A DNA stretch of 64,000 bases from Malacoraja senta (lineage: Eukaryota). The stretch is taken from positions 1-64,000 of the forward strand of contig JAXLNO010000696.1 of NCBI GenBank assembly GCA_038087875.1. The letters run 5' to 3'. Below, piece by piece: positions 35,562 through 48,432 of this stretch. Position 1 is the first letter of the stretch. The number at the start of each line of letters is the position of its first letter. The position numbers and the translations under genes are program-made. The notes beneath the pieces are model-generated. The model saw only the letters and a program-made list of their open reading frames with translations, was not told the DNA's origin and made no database searches.

Positions 35562-36523
35562 ACTCCCTTACTCATGTTGGAAAAGAAAGAATGATAAGGA
35601 TGACTAAAGAAACATGGTGGCACCCAAATATTCAGCAAGAGGCACTCAAGCTGTCCTCTGAGTGTGGGATATGCCAACGGAACAATCCTGGCAAAGCGGT
35701 AAAAGGTCGAAAGGGAGTCATTCGAATGCCATCCCATCCTTTTGAATGCATACAGATAGATTTTATTGAAATGCCGCATGCAAATTGTTATAAATATTGT
35801 TTAGTAATTGTTGATTAATTCAGTAGATGGATTGAAGCTTTGCCCACTGCAAATAACACAGCAGAGACAACAGTGACGTTGATACTGAAAGAAATTATAC
35901 CCCACTTTGGATTGCCAACCACTATCAGCTCTGACAACGGTCCTCACTTTATAGGCATTATTAATAAAGAAATACGCCGACATTTTAACATCAAGCAACA
36001 ATTTCACTGTGTTCATCATCCCCAGGCGTCTGGTATAGTTGAGCGGGCAAATGGGACACTAAAGAACAAATTGACAAAGTTGGTAGAAGAGATGGGGCAG
36101 GACTGGATTAAGATTCTTCCGCTTGCTCTTTTTGAACTGAGAATCACCCCACACAGTAGTAGTAAACTAACACCTGCTGAGATTATATATGGGCGACCAT
36201 TGCTTACTCCTTGGGGTGCATCTATTAGAACGAATGCTAGTCTTGATTTACATGCCCTCAGTGATGAATTAATCATGTACGCACAGCAATTAACCCGAAC
36301 AGTATTACATTCACAAGTATTGGAGACGCAGAAACCGCTACCGGCTGACCATAACGACGAATATATACAACCAGGAGAATACGTGCGGATAAGAAATTGG
36401 AATCAAAAGAAACTTGGACCATGGTGGAAGGGGCCTTTCCAGGTACTACTGGCTACACCTACAGCAGTGAAGGTCGAAGATCATCCTCGTTGGATACACC
36501 TAACCGATTGCAAAAGAAGAACA

Positions 36524-38370
36524 ATGACACCAATAACTCTCCTCAGCATCCTGGGAATGGCCCAGGTGGCCTGGACTAATACCTTTTTGGCCATGAGCTA
36601 TGAGTTTGCTCGAAGGGGGAATGGTAGTAACTATTGGGTGTGCACCAACATTCCCCACAACAGCGGGGGAGGCATACCATTGGTACCATACCCCTAAACC
36701 AGACCGAAGTTATGGCCATATACTGCTTTCACAATGGAACTTCTTTTAGCAGGTGCAGAGAGAACAAATGGTGGGAAAATTGTGTATAACGACTTTAAAG
36801 GATGGTACACTCCCCCATTTTAATCAGGTTGGAAGAAAGATGAGACCTAAAGTTGGAAAATTCCCCGACTGAAACTAGCAAGCAATCCCCGTATCTCTGT
36901 AAATGGTACCTGTCATTGTAACGACAAAGGAAAAGCAGTGTATTTGGGAAACAGTTCTTGCACTTCATACCTCCCATTCTCTATTATGAGACCACCACGA
37001 CCAGTAAATGGAACAACTTTGTATGTGGATAATGAGCATACCCTTGGCTGCCAGGGATGCCACCAGGAGACGACTACACTTTTGACATGAGGTTGGGTAA
37101 GAACGACAACTGGAGAGGATGCTGCTATCTGGCTTATGCCGTTCCCCACATGCGTATGGTGCAACAACTAACTGAGTTGTCCCTTCCCTTAAGAACAAGA
37201 AGGGGCATATCAGAATCAGACCTAATTTTGGATGATTCCCTTCCCATTCTAGGGCACTGCTCGTGCCTCTCGAGAATTGATCAATATGGCCTCCGCCATG
37301 GAGACGTTGGCAAATGCAACCGCTAGTGCCCTGCATGGGTATAACAAAGGGAGTGGAACCTGGTGGCCATTCAATTGGTTAGGTGGACTTTGGGGTACTA
37401 TATTACACTATGGCTTTCATTTTACTAATCATTGCTCAAATTTTTATTAATTGCTTGCAACCATCCGGAAGTGGCGACGCTGTCAAACAGCAGCGGCTCG
37501 CCTGCAGTCCGTCTGTTTTTACTTTTTTTGTTGTTTTCTTTTGTCCTGTTTTAGTTAAATTTTAGTTTATTGGGTTGTGTATGTGTGTGTGGGGTGGGGT
37601 GGGGTGGTGAAACATGTTTTTTTGTCTCTTCCTTCGGGGGACTGCGACTTTTTCTTGTCATATCCCCCTTCTCTGCCTCCGTCTGCGCCGAGGCCTAATG
37701 GCGGAGCTGACGGCCTCCAACTGCGACCGACCGACCTCGAGGCTCCGGAGGCAGAGCCAGGACTTACCAGCGCGAGGCTGGCCAACTTCGGGGCTGCGGT
37801 GGCATTCCGACGTTCCGGCGGTGGGGACCAAAGACACTGGTGGCGACCTGAATCCGGAGGCTCAGCCGCGGGCCTGGTGGACGACATCGTCGGGAGCTCG
37901 CAGGTCACAGGTGGGTGACCTGTTTTTCTGGAGCTCCCGCAACTACAGCTGCGTCCGCTGGACTAGAGGGTGGCAGCTTCGGCAGCTTCGACCACGCCGG
38001 GCCACGGAGTTTGAACCGGCCCGTCGCGGACGGAGCACGGATTCAGCCGCGGGACTGACTTACCATCACCCGGCGGGGCCACAACATCAGAAGCCTGGAT
38101 CGCCTCAGCGCAGAGGAAGAACAAAGAGGGAAGAGACAGAGACTTTAAGACTTTTGCCTCCATCACAGTGAGGAGGTGCCTGGTGAACTCACTGTGGTGG
38201 ATGTTAATTTGTGTTTATTGTGTGTTTTGTTATTTATTATTATATGTATGACTGCAGGCAACGAAATTTCGTTCAGACCGAAAGGTCTGAATGACAAATA
38301 AAGGAATCTTTAATCTTTAATCTTAATTATGTACCTACTGGGGATTGTGAATGTTATCATAAACAGATAA
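36524..38370 (+). pseudogene. env: ERV env (internally deleted and interrupted)
   Basis: Signal-peptide-like MTPITLLSILGMAQVAW, YWVC (CWLC-like), several N-glycosylation sequons, furin site RTRR at 37192-37203 and a hydrophobic TM anchor at about 37360-37450. Confidence 0.85.
37453..38322 (+). mobile_element. GC-rich non-autonomous non-LTR retroelement in the ERV env tail
   Basis: TSD ttaatt (37447-37452, 38323-38328), 3' hairpin ttcagaccgaaaggtctgaa, AATAAA and (aatcttt)n tail. Confidence 0.78.
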
Positions 38371-38381
38371 AGAGGAAGGAA

Positions 38382-38991
38382 TGTGGAAGATAATAATGAT
38401 TTAAACTCACAAAATGGATTCCGCTGAAACTAAGGCAGGCTTTCACCTTCTTCTATTAAATTGCAAAGCTAGCAAAAGCACTAACCCTTGCTTTCAGTAC
38501 ATTAACAAGGTGAGCAGACTGTCAATGTTCCTCTTTCTAATAACATAAGCGAGATAACATGAATGTCTCTTCTATAACATAAACATAGGAGAGAATTCAG
38601 ACTAACCCTTGTTCCACAAGATTATGATGTGTCATAAGTAGAAAAAAACAAAATGCTTGTTCTGCAGAAATATAACCTTCTCATATAACCAGAAATGGCT
38701 ACCCCTTCCTCTGTCAGAAGAACCTGTCAATCTTAAGAAGCTGTCAATCTTAAGGATCTGTCAATCTTAAGAAGCAAGAGGCTGTACTATGCTTTGTTGA
38801 TAATGTATTGCTGAATCGTCGATTAGTGGGGTATATATTCATGTACTGAGATCAGTGTCCCTTTGTGTGGGACTTCTCTGTTTAGTCTGTTATATACTGA
38901 AAAGAGTATTTACCACACCCGCCTGGCGTAATAAAGATTTTACTGCTTATACTGATTTTATTTGCGTTTCTGTCTAAGAGTATTTGGACCA
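38382..38991 (+). repeat. ERV 3' LTR (last few bases missing), preceded by PPT
   Basis: PPT aaagaggaaggaa at 38369-38381, then TGTGG. Homology to the 5' LTR stops at ggacca. Confidence 0.88.
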
Positions 38992-39520
38992 GTGAAAGCT
39001 CGGAGATGTGACTCAGCAGTCTCGGCACTCTTGCAGATGTTGATATATCCGCTGAGAGCAAGCATCCTTTCTTGCAGCAAATGTTTCCTCATCTGCAAGT
39101 CGCTAATGCCAAGCACGGTCTTGTCACGGAGCAAACTGTCCATCATGCACTGGCAGGAATTACAGGACATCGCTGGTGTTCTCAGGCTAGCGAGGAACGA
39201 TTCAAAGTTCTCACCTGCTTCTTGTTGTCTCTTGCTGAAGAGGTATCGCTCATAAGTCTCATTCTTGTCGCCAATGGCGTAGCTCTCGAACGCGCAAATG
39301 ATCTCGGCCAGTTCATGGCTCTCCTCGTCGTTGGCGAACACGAAACTTGTAAATCTCCAGTCCTGACGGCCAATTGTATGGAGCAACACTACCGTCTGGT
39401 AGGCTGAAGTTTGCCTGTGTGGCTGTGCGATCACGCTGTAGTTTGTCCACATCTGCCGCCATGCTTTCCAACCCTCAATCTGTCCGCGATTGACGGTCCC
39501 CGTCCACTCGTCCCTAGCAC
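38992..39520 (-). pseudogene. gag: Gypsy gag remnant
   Basis: WKAWRQMWTNY...LLHTIG...YERYLFSKRQQEAGENFESFLASLR...LLRDKTVLGISD...LLQE is typical of Mag/K02A2.6-like Gypsy Gag. Confidence 0.82.
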
Positions 39521-40009
39521 TCGGCCCAGCTTGCTGCTGAACGGTCGTCTGCCCCTCCCTTCGCCTGGTTTTGAGGCTGGAATTATTCTTTCTTTGCCTT
39601 GAATCCTGCTCACACACCTATCCTTCAGCGCTTGACAATTGCTCTAGTCCAATTGTCCTAGCCGGGACTTTCAGGTTGCGGCTGAAAAAACGATTTTCTA
39701 AGGCACCGCCATGTTTGGAGACGTTCCCAGGGTGAAACCCCATGCGCATGTGCGGACTTTATTAAGTCGTTCAACCTCTCGTAGCATGCAGTACATGCAT
39801 ATGCTACAGTATATCATAACATTACCTTTCCCCTGTGCAGCCTAGTTGTGAAACATGAAAAACCTTGGTTCAAATCCAAAACCAGTGATGTTAGATTTAC
39901 AGACAAGTGAAGGCAAACATTCACTTCAATTTTTAATCCTTACACGTGCAAATTATAACCACGTCTCAAGAGTTAAGATTAGGATTAATAATACCAATAA
40001 TAATGACAA

Positions 40010-40475
40010 TGATGTCTAGGACCAGAGGGCACAGACTCAGAATAAAAGGATGTACCTTTAGAAAGGAGATGAGGAGGAATTTCGTTAGCCAGAGGGTGGT
40101 GAATCTGAATTCATTGCCACAGACGGATGTGGAGGCCAAGCCAATGGATATTTTTAAGGCAGAGAGAGATAGATTCTTGATTAATACGGGTGTCAGGGGT
40201 TATGGGGAGAAGACAGGACAATGGGATTGAGAGGGAAAGATAGATCAGCCATGATCACATGGTGGCGTAACCTTGATGGGCCGAATGGCCAAATTTTTAT
40301 CCTATAACACTGACATCAATTCATAATGGCTGCAAAGGCCAAGTTTTGGGGTCTTTTTAAAGTGGGGATTAACAGGTACTTGATTAGTACAGGTGTGAAG
40401 GGTTATGGGGAGAAGGCAGGAGAACGGAGAAAGGGAGAGAAAGAGAGATCAGCCATGATTGAATGGTGGAGTAGA
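40010..40475 (+). mobile_element. CR1-type 3' fragments (host of the L1 insertion)
   Basis: SRTRGHRLRIKG...QRVVNL. The 3' UTR resumes after 49808. Confidence 0.8.
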
Positions 40476-43400
40476 GACTCTCCTAGTGGCAGCATGCTGT
40501 AAGGTTGCAAATTTGTTTGCTCCCTTAACTTTTAACTTTTACTTACCACTCTTTCAATGTTACTTGTTATTACTTGATTTTAAGGCACGGTCTAACTTTT
40601 CTTAAAGTGTTGATAACACTTTTATATGTTTTAATCATGTAAAGGAAGGAGACAAGAGGGAAAGGAGCTTCTCCAAGGAAGGAGCACGGGAAAGGCACAG
40701 CGTCTGACTCTGGTATCTTAAAAGTAATATTGAAAATGAACGATGAACTGAAAAATGAAATGAAAACAAGATTTTGCAGTTTGGAAGAAATGGTGAAAGG
40801 AATTTCAAGCAAATTGAAGGAAGTTCAAGACAAGCTGATTATGTTACAAGATAAATCTCGTGAACAGAAGGAACAAATTGATAACTTGCGAACCCTGGGC
40901 CAGGAGAGAGATTTGAAGATTGAAAATCTGGAACGGAGAATGAATGAAAATACTTGGGCACTCCAGCAATACAAGATTAAAAATATGGATCTGGAAAACC
41001 GAAGCCGTCGACTGAATTTGCTAGTTGTTGGTTTGCCGGAAGGTCAAGAAGGAGATAATGTTATAAAATATGCTTCTAAAATGATAAAGGAGACTTTCAA
41101 CCTTGAGCACAATGAAAATCTTCCATTTTTGGATAACGCACACAGGATTGGGAAGAAATCTGGTCCCCAAGATAAACCAAGACATTTGATTGTTCGGTTT
41201 CACTTCTTGCAGATGAAGGAGAATATTCTCCAGGCAGCAAAAAAGTTGGGCATGGTTGAATATGAAGGATGCAAGTTTCAGTTTGTTCCTGATTATAGTT
41301 ATGAGCTTTTAGAATTAAGATAGTCTTTCCATAATGTAATGTCTGAGTTGTTTAAGAAAAAGTTGCGCCCTGCCTTACTTTATCCAGCTAGACTGCATAT
41401 ACGACTCTTTAATGGTAACATTAGATTTTTTAACAATCCTCAAGACGCTTCCAGCTTTCTGGAGTCTTATGAGGGTGAAGTCGCGACCGGGAGCAATTAA
41501 TAGCTGATTAAGTTATAATTGGAGATTTACTGTTCCTACTTTGACAATATATCGTTTTGTAATGAATAAGAATTTAATTGGAGGAGTTTTTTTTTTTTTA
41601 ATTTACTTTTTAGAATTTTAGTATGATGGTATCAAACAACATCTTTTACCTTCTCTAAGATACTGTTAATTTAACGTAATGGTATTATATATATATTAAT
41701 TTTTAGGATTTTCTTTGTTAGCTTTTCTATTTTTAAAATTGAAGGAATTTTTTTCCCCTGTCTTTAGACAAATTAAGTGAACACAGTTCTTGATTTTCAT
41801 ATTTTGACCTTGGATAAATAATATGAAGTAGCTCTTGTGTTCCACTGCTAACATGTACTTTTTTAACCATAACATTAATCTTGTTTTGGCTATTGAGTGG
41901 CAAATATGCTTTCTTTTTACGTTGGGTGCTGTCGTTAGGAGAGATGGGGGTAGGGAAGGGATTAGGTAGTGTACTGACTGTCTACTGGTCAGTTTCAGGC
42001 TTTGCATGAGTGGGGGGTGGTGGTGGGGGGGGGGGTCTTTTGCTTCTAGCTTAGTTTTTTTCATCTGAGCAGAATCTGAACTACAAAAATGTCTGAAATG
42101 TCGTCACTTCTGGCTCCGCCCTAGATTTTTCTCCTTCCATTATCATGAACTATTATGCTTTAAGAAATTAACCCTTTACATTCCACATGATTTTCACAAA
42201 CAATATGGATAAAGTTATTAACTTCCTTTTATGTAATGTGAATGATTTGAACCATCCCATTAAGAGGACATTTTTTAAAAAGTTCTTCGTAGACTAAATG
42301 CTCAGATTATCTTTGTTCAGGAAACTCATGTACGGCAAGACGACAATCAACGATTTTTCAAGTTTTGGAGAGGACAGCCCGTTTCATTCAAATTCACAGG
42401 CTAAGGTGAAAGGAGTCTCTATTTTTATTGACTCCTCAATTCCGTTTGTTTATTATGGTAGATTTTTGGTGATTACTGGCCTTCATAACCAAAAGGTTGC
42501 TATGGTGAATGTTTATGCACCAAATATTGATCACCCTGAGTTTTTTAAACAGTTAATCTCATCCTTTCCTAATTTAAATGAACACTTTTTAATAATGGGT
42601 GGAGATTTTAACTGTTGTTTGAACCCCTCAATGGACAGATCTGCATCTGATCATGTGCTTCCAAATAAATCAGCTAGTTTTATCAATTATTTTTTACTTG
42701 ACTCTGGAATGTTAGAAGTCTGGAGATTCTTACACCCAAATGACAAAGAATTTTCTTTTTTCTCTCATGTATATCATAGTTACTCTCGGATTGACTACTT
42801 TATAATAGATTCTTGGCTAGTTTCATCGGTCACTGCATGTGAGTATGATGTTATTGCTATTTCTGTTCATGCACCATTGAAACTATCAATCAAACTACCT
42901 GATTCCAAGTTTAATGCTAAACAATGGCGATTTAATGCTACTTTGCCTCAAGATCTAAATTTTGTTAATTTTATTAAAGATCAGATTGCTTTTTTCTTCT
43001 TAACAAATTCTACTGAAGAAATATCCAATGGTGTAGTCTGGGATGCTTTTAAGGCATGTATTCGTGGACAAATTATTTCATACTCCGTGGGATTAATACC
43101 TCCCTATACCAATCAGAATTTCTTACTGATTCCAATATAATGCATGAGTTTTTAAAGAAACGGAACTTGCCAAATTTATCACATAATGAGTCTCTGTTGT
43201 TAGATGAACCCATCATGGAGGAAGAAATACAGAAAGCAATCATGTCGATGAATTCTGGTAAAGCTCCCGGTTTAGATGGGTTTACAGTAGAATTTTTAAA
43301 GTATTTCTCAAGTTTACTGTCTCCCTGGCTATGCAAGGTTTTTAAAGAAGCCTTTTTAATGAATAGATTACCACAATCCTTTTATGAAGCATCTATTTCT

Positions 43401-44082
43401 TTAATTCTTAAAAAAGATAAAGGCCCTACTGAAGTGACATCATATAGACCTATATCACTGTTAAATGTAGATTCCAAAATTCCTTCCAAAATATTAGCTA
43501 TGAGATTGGAAAATATTTTACCGCAAATTATTTCTGAAGATCAGACAGGTTTTATTAAAAAATCGTTACTCATACTTTAACGTTAGGAGATTAATGAATA
43601 TCGTATATACAGCGTCAAATAAAACTCCAGAATGTGTCATTTCACTTGATGCCGAGAAGACGTTTGACGGCGAGTAGAATGGGAATACTTATTCAATACA
43701 CTTGAAAAATTTAAGATTGGTCCAAAATTTATTTCTTGGATCAAGCTGATATATCATATACTTCAGGCTTCTGTGCTTACCAATAATCAGAGATCCCCTT
43801 TTTTCAGGCTCTTTCGAGGTACTAGACAGGGCTGTCCTTTAAGTCCTTTACTGTTTGATATCGCTTTGGAACCTTTGGCCACCGCTATTAGGGAATTCCC
43901 TAATATTTTTGGTATTGTCCGCGGGAATAAGATGCATAAGCTATCTCTTTATGCAGATGATCTGTTATTATTCATTTCTAACCCTGAGAAATCTATTCCG
44001 GCAATAGTAGCACTACTTAATCAATTTAGTAGTGTTTCTGGTTATAAACTAAATCTTAGTAAGAGTGAGCTTTTTCCATTCC

Positions 44083-46366
44083 ACGTCAGTTGTGGGAAAA
44101 TTAATGGAAAGGATACTAAGAGATAATATATATAAGCATCTGGATAAGCAGTGTATGATTAGGAACAGTCAACATGGATTTGTGCCTGGAAGGTCATGTT
44201 TGACGAATCTTCTAGAATTTTTCGAAGAGGTTACTAGGGAAATTGATGAGGGTAAAGCAGTGGATGTTGTCTATATGGACTTCAGTAAGGCCTTTGACAA
44301 GGTTCCTCATGGAAGGTTGGTTAAGAAGATTAAATTGTTGGGTATTAATGGTGGAGTAGCAAGATGGATTCAACAGTGGCTGAATGGGAGATGCCAGAGA
44401 GTAATGGTGGATGGCTGTTTGTCAAGTTGGAGGCCGGTGACTAGTGGGGTGCCTCAGGGGTCTGTGTTGGGTCCACTGTTGTTTGTCATGTACATCAATG
44501 ATCTGGATGATGGTGTGGAAAATTGGATTAGTAAGTATGCAGATGCTACTAAGATAGGTGGTGTGGTGGATAATGAAGTAGATTTTTTTTAATTTTTTTA
44601 TTTTTTATTTTTTTTTTAATTTTTATTTATTAGAAATACATTACATTACAACCACATACATTAATACTCGTCATTTATATCATCTTACAATTAATGTACT
44701 CCCTTTATTTATTTTTTTACACTAGAGAAAGAAAAGATTGAAAGAGAGAAGAAAGTGAAGGAAAAAGTGCAAGTGTAGAAAAGTGTAGAAAATGTAACAA
44801 CAAAAAAGGACGAAGACCCTATAAGAGCGAAATTAAAAACAAAAAGAAAAAGAGTTAAGAAATAGGCCCTAAGAAAAGAAAAGAGAAAGAGAAAAAAAAG
44901 AGAAACAAATGTTTTTTTTTTTGAGCATCACGTAAATAGGACATACCAACTCTTCAACTATCATCCCCCCTTACCCGACCTCAATTTTTTATTTTTTTTA
45001 AAGTACTTTTGCACCCTATGTTTGTAATAATTCTATAAATGCAGACCACGTCAGGTGGAAGTGATCTGGTTTACCTGCTAGGAGGAGTCTTATCTCTTCA
45101 AGGTGTAATGTTTCAAACATATTTGAAATCCACATATTTATAGTTGGTATTGGAGCCTTCTTCCAAAATTTTAGAATTAGCTTTTTTCCAGTTATTAACC
45201 CATAATCCATTAATTTCTTTTGAAACACATTTAATTCTGGATCATCTTCCGTTATTCCGAAGATAATCCATTCTGCTTTGGGTATCAGTCTTGTTTTAAA
45301 TAACTTTGTAAAGATTTCAAAAATTTCATTCCAAAATTTTTGAATTTTTGTACAGAAGACAAATGAGTGCGCTATAGTTGCTTCTTGGGATTGACATTTA
45401 TCACAAATAGATGATACGTTTGGGAAAATTTTATGAAATGAAGTAGATTTTCAAAGTCTACAGATAGATTTAGGCCATTTGGAAGAGTGGGCTGAAAGAT
45501 GGCAGATGGAGTTTAATGCTGATAAATGTGAGGTACTACATCTCGGCAGGACAAATCAAAATAAGACGTACATGGTAAATGGTAGAGAATTGAGGAATGC
45601 AGTTGAACAGAGGGATCTAGGAATAACTGTGCATAGTTCCCTGAAGGTGGAATCTCATGTAGATAGGGTGGTAAAGAAAGCTTTTGGTGTGCTGGCCTTT
45701 ATAAATCAGAGCATTGAATATAGAAGTTGGGATGTAATGTTAAAATTGTACAAGGCATTGGTGAGGCCAATTCTGGAGTATGGAGTACAATTTTGGTTGC
45801 CTAATTATAGGAAGGATGTCAACAAAATAGAGAGAGTACAGAGGAGATTTACTAGAATGTTGCATGGGTTTCAGCAACTAAGTTACAGAGAAAGGTTGAA
45901 CAAGTTAGGTCTTTATTCTTTGGAGCGCAGAAGGTTAAGAGGGGACTTGATAGAGGTCTTTAAAATTATGAGCGGGTTAGACAGAGTTGTCGTGGATAAG
46001 CTTTTTCCATTGAGAGTAGGGAAGATTCAAACAAGGGGACATGACTTGAGAATTAAGGGACAGAAGTTTAGGGGGAACATTAGGGGGAACTTCTTTACTC
46101 AGAGAGTGGTAGCTGTGTGGAATGAGCTTCCAGTGGAAGTGGTGGAGGCTGGTTCGATTTTATCCTTTACAAATATATTGGATGGGTATATGGACGGGAA
46201 AGGAATGGAGGGTTATGGTCTGAGTGCAGGTAGATGGGACTAGGGGAAAGTATATATATTTTTTTTAATTAAAAAAAAAAAAAAAAAAAAAGTTCGGCAT
46301 GGACTTGAAGGGCCGAGATGGCCTGTTTCCGTGCTGTAATGGTTATATGGTTATATGGTTATATGG
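44083..46366 (+). mobile_element. Young CR1-type LINE inserted in L1 ORF2
   Basis: ORFs 44065-44592 and 45479-46243 join in frame once the nested insert is removed. Tail (atggttat)n. The RT motif reads YADA. Confidence 0.92.
44587..45436 (-). mobile_element. 5'-truncated L1 3' end nested in the CR1
   Basis: Perfect 15-bp TSD aatgaagtagatttt (44572-44586, 45437-45451), A-rich tail and ORF2 C-terminus similar to the 50972 element. Confidence 0.92.
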
Positions 46367-48174
46367 ATAAACAATCTAGTTTCGAATTATGGACAGTTTC
46401 CATTTGACTACCGAATGTTTTACTTATTTAGGTATTAAGATTACCAAGAAACACAAGGATTTATTTAAAGCTAATTTTACGCCTCTAATTGACCATATCA
46501 AACAACAGTTTACTAAATGGTCACCAATGCCCTTATTTTTAATCGGCCGAATCAATGCTATTAAAATGTTTATCTTACCTAAATTTTTGTATTTATTTCA
46601 CACGATACCAATTTTTATTGCTAAATCTTTCTTTGATATTATTGACTCCAAAATTTCTTCATATATAAGGCAGAATCAAAATTCCAGACTAAGTAAAAAA
46701 TACTTACAGAAATCAAAAAAAGACGGTGGGTTAGCACTGCCGAACCATAGATTCTACTATTGGGCAGTTAATGCTCGTTATTTAACATTTTGGGCAAAAT
46801 ATTTAGAAGATACCCAATGCCCAGGATGGATAAATCTTGAACGTGATTCTATGCAAGGGCTATCATTGGCTACTATTCTAGGGGCCTCGTTACCTTTTAC
46901 AAATACGAGATTGAATAAATATATGACTAATCCAATAATAAGACATACATTTCGAATATGGTTTCAATTTCGTAAGTTTTTTTGATTGAATGATTTTATC
47001 ACATCGAGTCCTATCATATCTAATTTTTTCTTCCAACCTTCTAGTACTGATCAAGCCTTTCTGTTATGGAAGAGGAAGGGATTAGTAGCTTTTCGTGATT
47101 TGTTTTTGGATCGTTGTTTTATGTCTTTTGAACAACTCTCCAATAAATACAATTTACCTAACTCACACTTTTTTAGAGATTTACAAATTAGACATTTTTT
47201 GAAGGCTACCCTTTTTTCCATTACCACATCAAACCAAAATCTTGGAAACATTTTTAGATTTGAACCCTTATCAGAAAGGCTAAATAATGACTATTTATGA
47301 GTTGATTTTGAAATTACAAAGAGATACATTTGATAAAATTAAGAATGACTGGGAAAGAGAACTCCAAATTTCTCTACCTATAGCGAAATGGGAGAGGAGT
47401 TAATACTTCCTCAATGTGTGCAAGACACGCTTTGATACAATTCAAGGTGGTTGACAGAGTTCATATGTCAAAAGATAAGTTAGCTCGTTTTTATGGTCAT
47501 ATAAATCGTAACTGTGACAGATATAACTCTGAAGTGGCCTCACTGACTCATATGTTTTGGTCCTGCCCACATTTGGAAAAATATTGGAAAGAAATCTTTG
47601 ATACTATTTCTGTAGTTTTAGGTATTGATTTACAACCTCATCCGATTACTGCAATTTTTGGGCTACCAATGTTAGATTCTATTCATTTGTCCCGTTCCGC
47701 CCATCGGCTGATTGCTTTTACCACATTAATTGCCATAAGATCTATTTTATCTAAATGGAAAGACTCTAACCCTCCGACCACACTCCATTGCTACTCTGAA
47801 ACGATATCTATATTACTAAAAGTAAGAGCTTGACCGCTTTTGACTCACTGCGATGTGATTTCCGAGAGAACGCCGCCACCTACGGCCGTCATTTTTGACC
47901 ACCTTGTTCAGAACCCCCCTCCGCCGGATTGGACCAAAGGATTGTTCCCATCGATGAAAAATCAGAGATATATTAATGTTTTAAAAACATTTGCCATTCT
48001 CTCTGCTGCCCCTGTTGGTGGGAGGGGGGAGGGACAATAAAACTCGGAAGTAGTGCGCCTCACTCAGTCTCTGCAAGATGGAGGAAGTGAGAGAATCACA
48101 TCTCTCTGAGCTCTGAATAACACTGAACACATGTCTACTCAACTGTGAGTGCCCTTTATATGGTTTGAAAATGA

Positions 48175-48432
48175 AAATATGGTTGGTTTGAAATAAAAAG
48201 GCACTGCAAATGGTTGTTTGGGGGGTTTAGGTTGAAGTAAAAAGGCACTGCAAATGGTTGATTGGGGGGTTTGGGTTGAAGTATAAAGGCACTGCAAATG
48301 GTTGTTTGGGGGGTTTGGGTTGAAGTAAAAAGGCACTGCAAATGGTTGTTTGGGTTGAAGTAAAAAGGCACTGCAAATGGTTGTTTGGGGGTTTTGGGTT
48401 GAAGTAAAAGGCACTGCAAATGGTTGTTTGTC
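48175..48432. repeat. Minisatellite of about 43 bp in the Helitron
   Basis: Repeats of gggttgaagtaaaaaggcactgcaaatggttgtttggggg. Confidence 0.9.

Larger units (their letters stand above)
31489..36523 (+). pseudogene. pol: ERV pro-pol (PR, 2H-like insert, RT, RNase H, IN)
   Basis: FLIDTG with DTG at 31596, WTRLPQG, YVDD at 33132-33143, FVDGS/NIYTDSQYAFG, HHCC and IQIDF/SDNG/GIVERANG, GPFQV. Confidence 0.93.
28872..38991 (+). mobile_element. Defective class I (epsilon/ZFERV-like) endogenous retrovirus
   Basis: Order is LTR-PBS-gag-pro-pol-env-PPT-LTR, with recognisable motifs in every gene and many stops and frameshifts. Confidence 0.93.
27378..39821 (-). mobile_element. Internally deleted Gypsy (Mag-like) LTR retrotransposon hosting an ERV
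   Basis: LTR pair of about 108 bp at 27378-27484 and 39712-39821 (tgtt...aaca). PPT (tccccccttttt) at 27485-27496. PBS-like tggcgg at 39706-39711 (minus). Flanks ttaac/ttacc. Gag remnant adjacent to the PBS. Confidence 0.8.

Noticed and set aside
36524..37452. Domesticated (syncytin-like) env
   Set aside because: It has multiple stops and frameshifts, a TM ectodomain deletion and a retroelement insertion.
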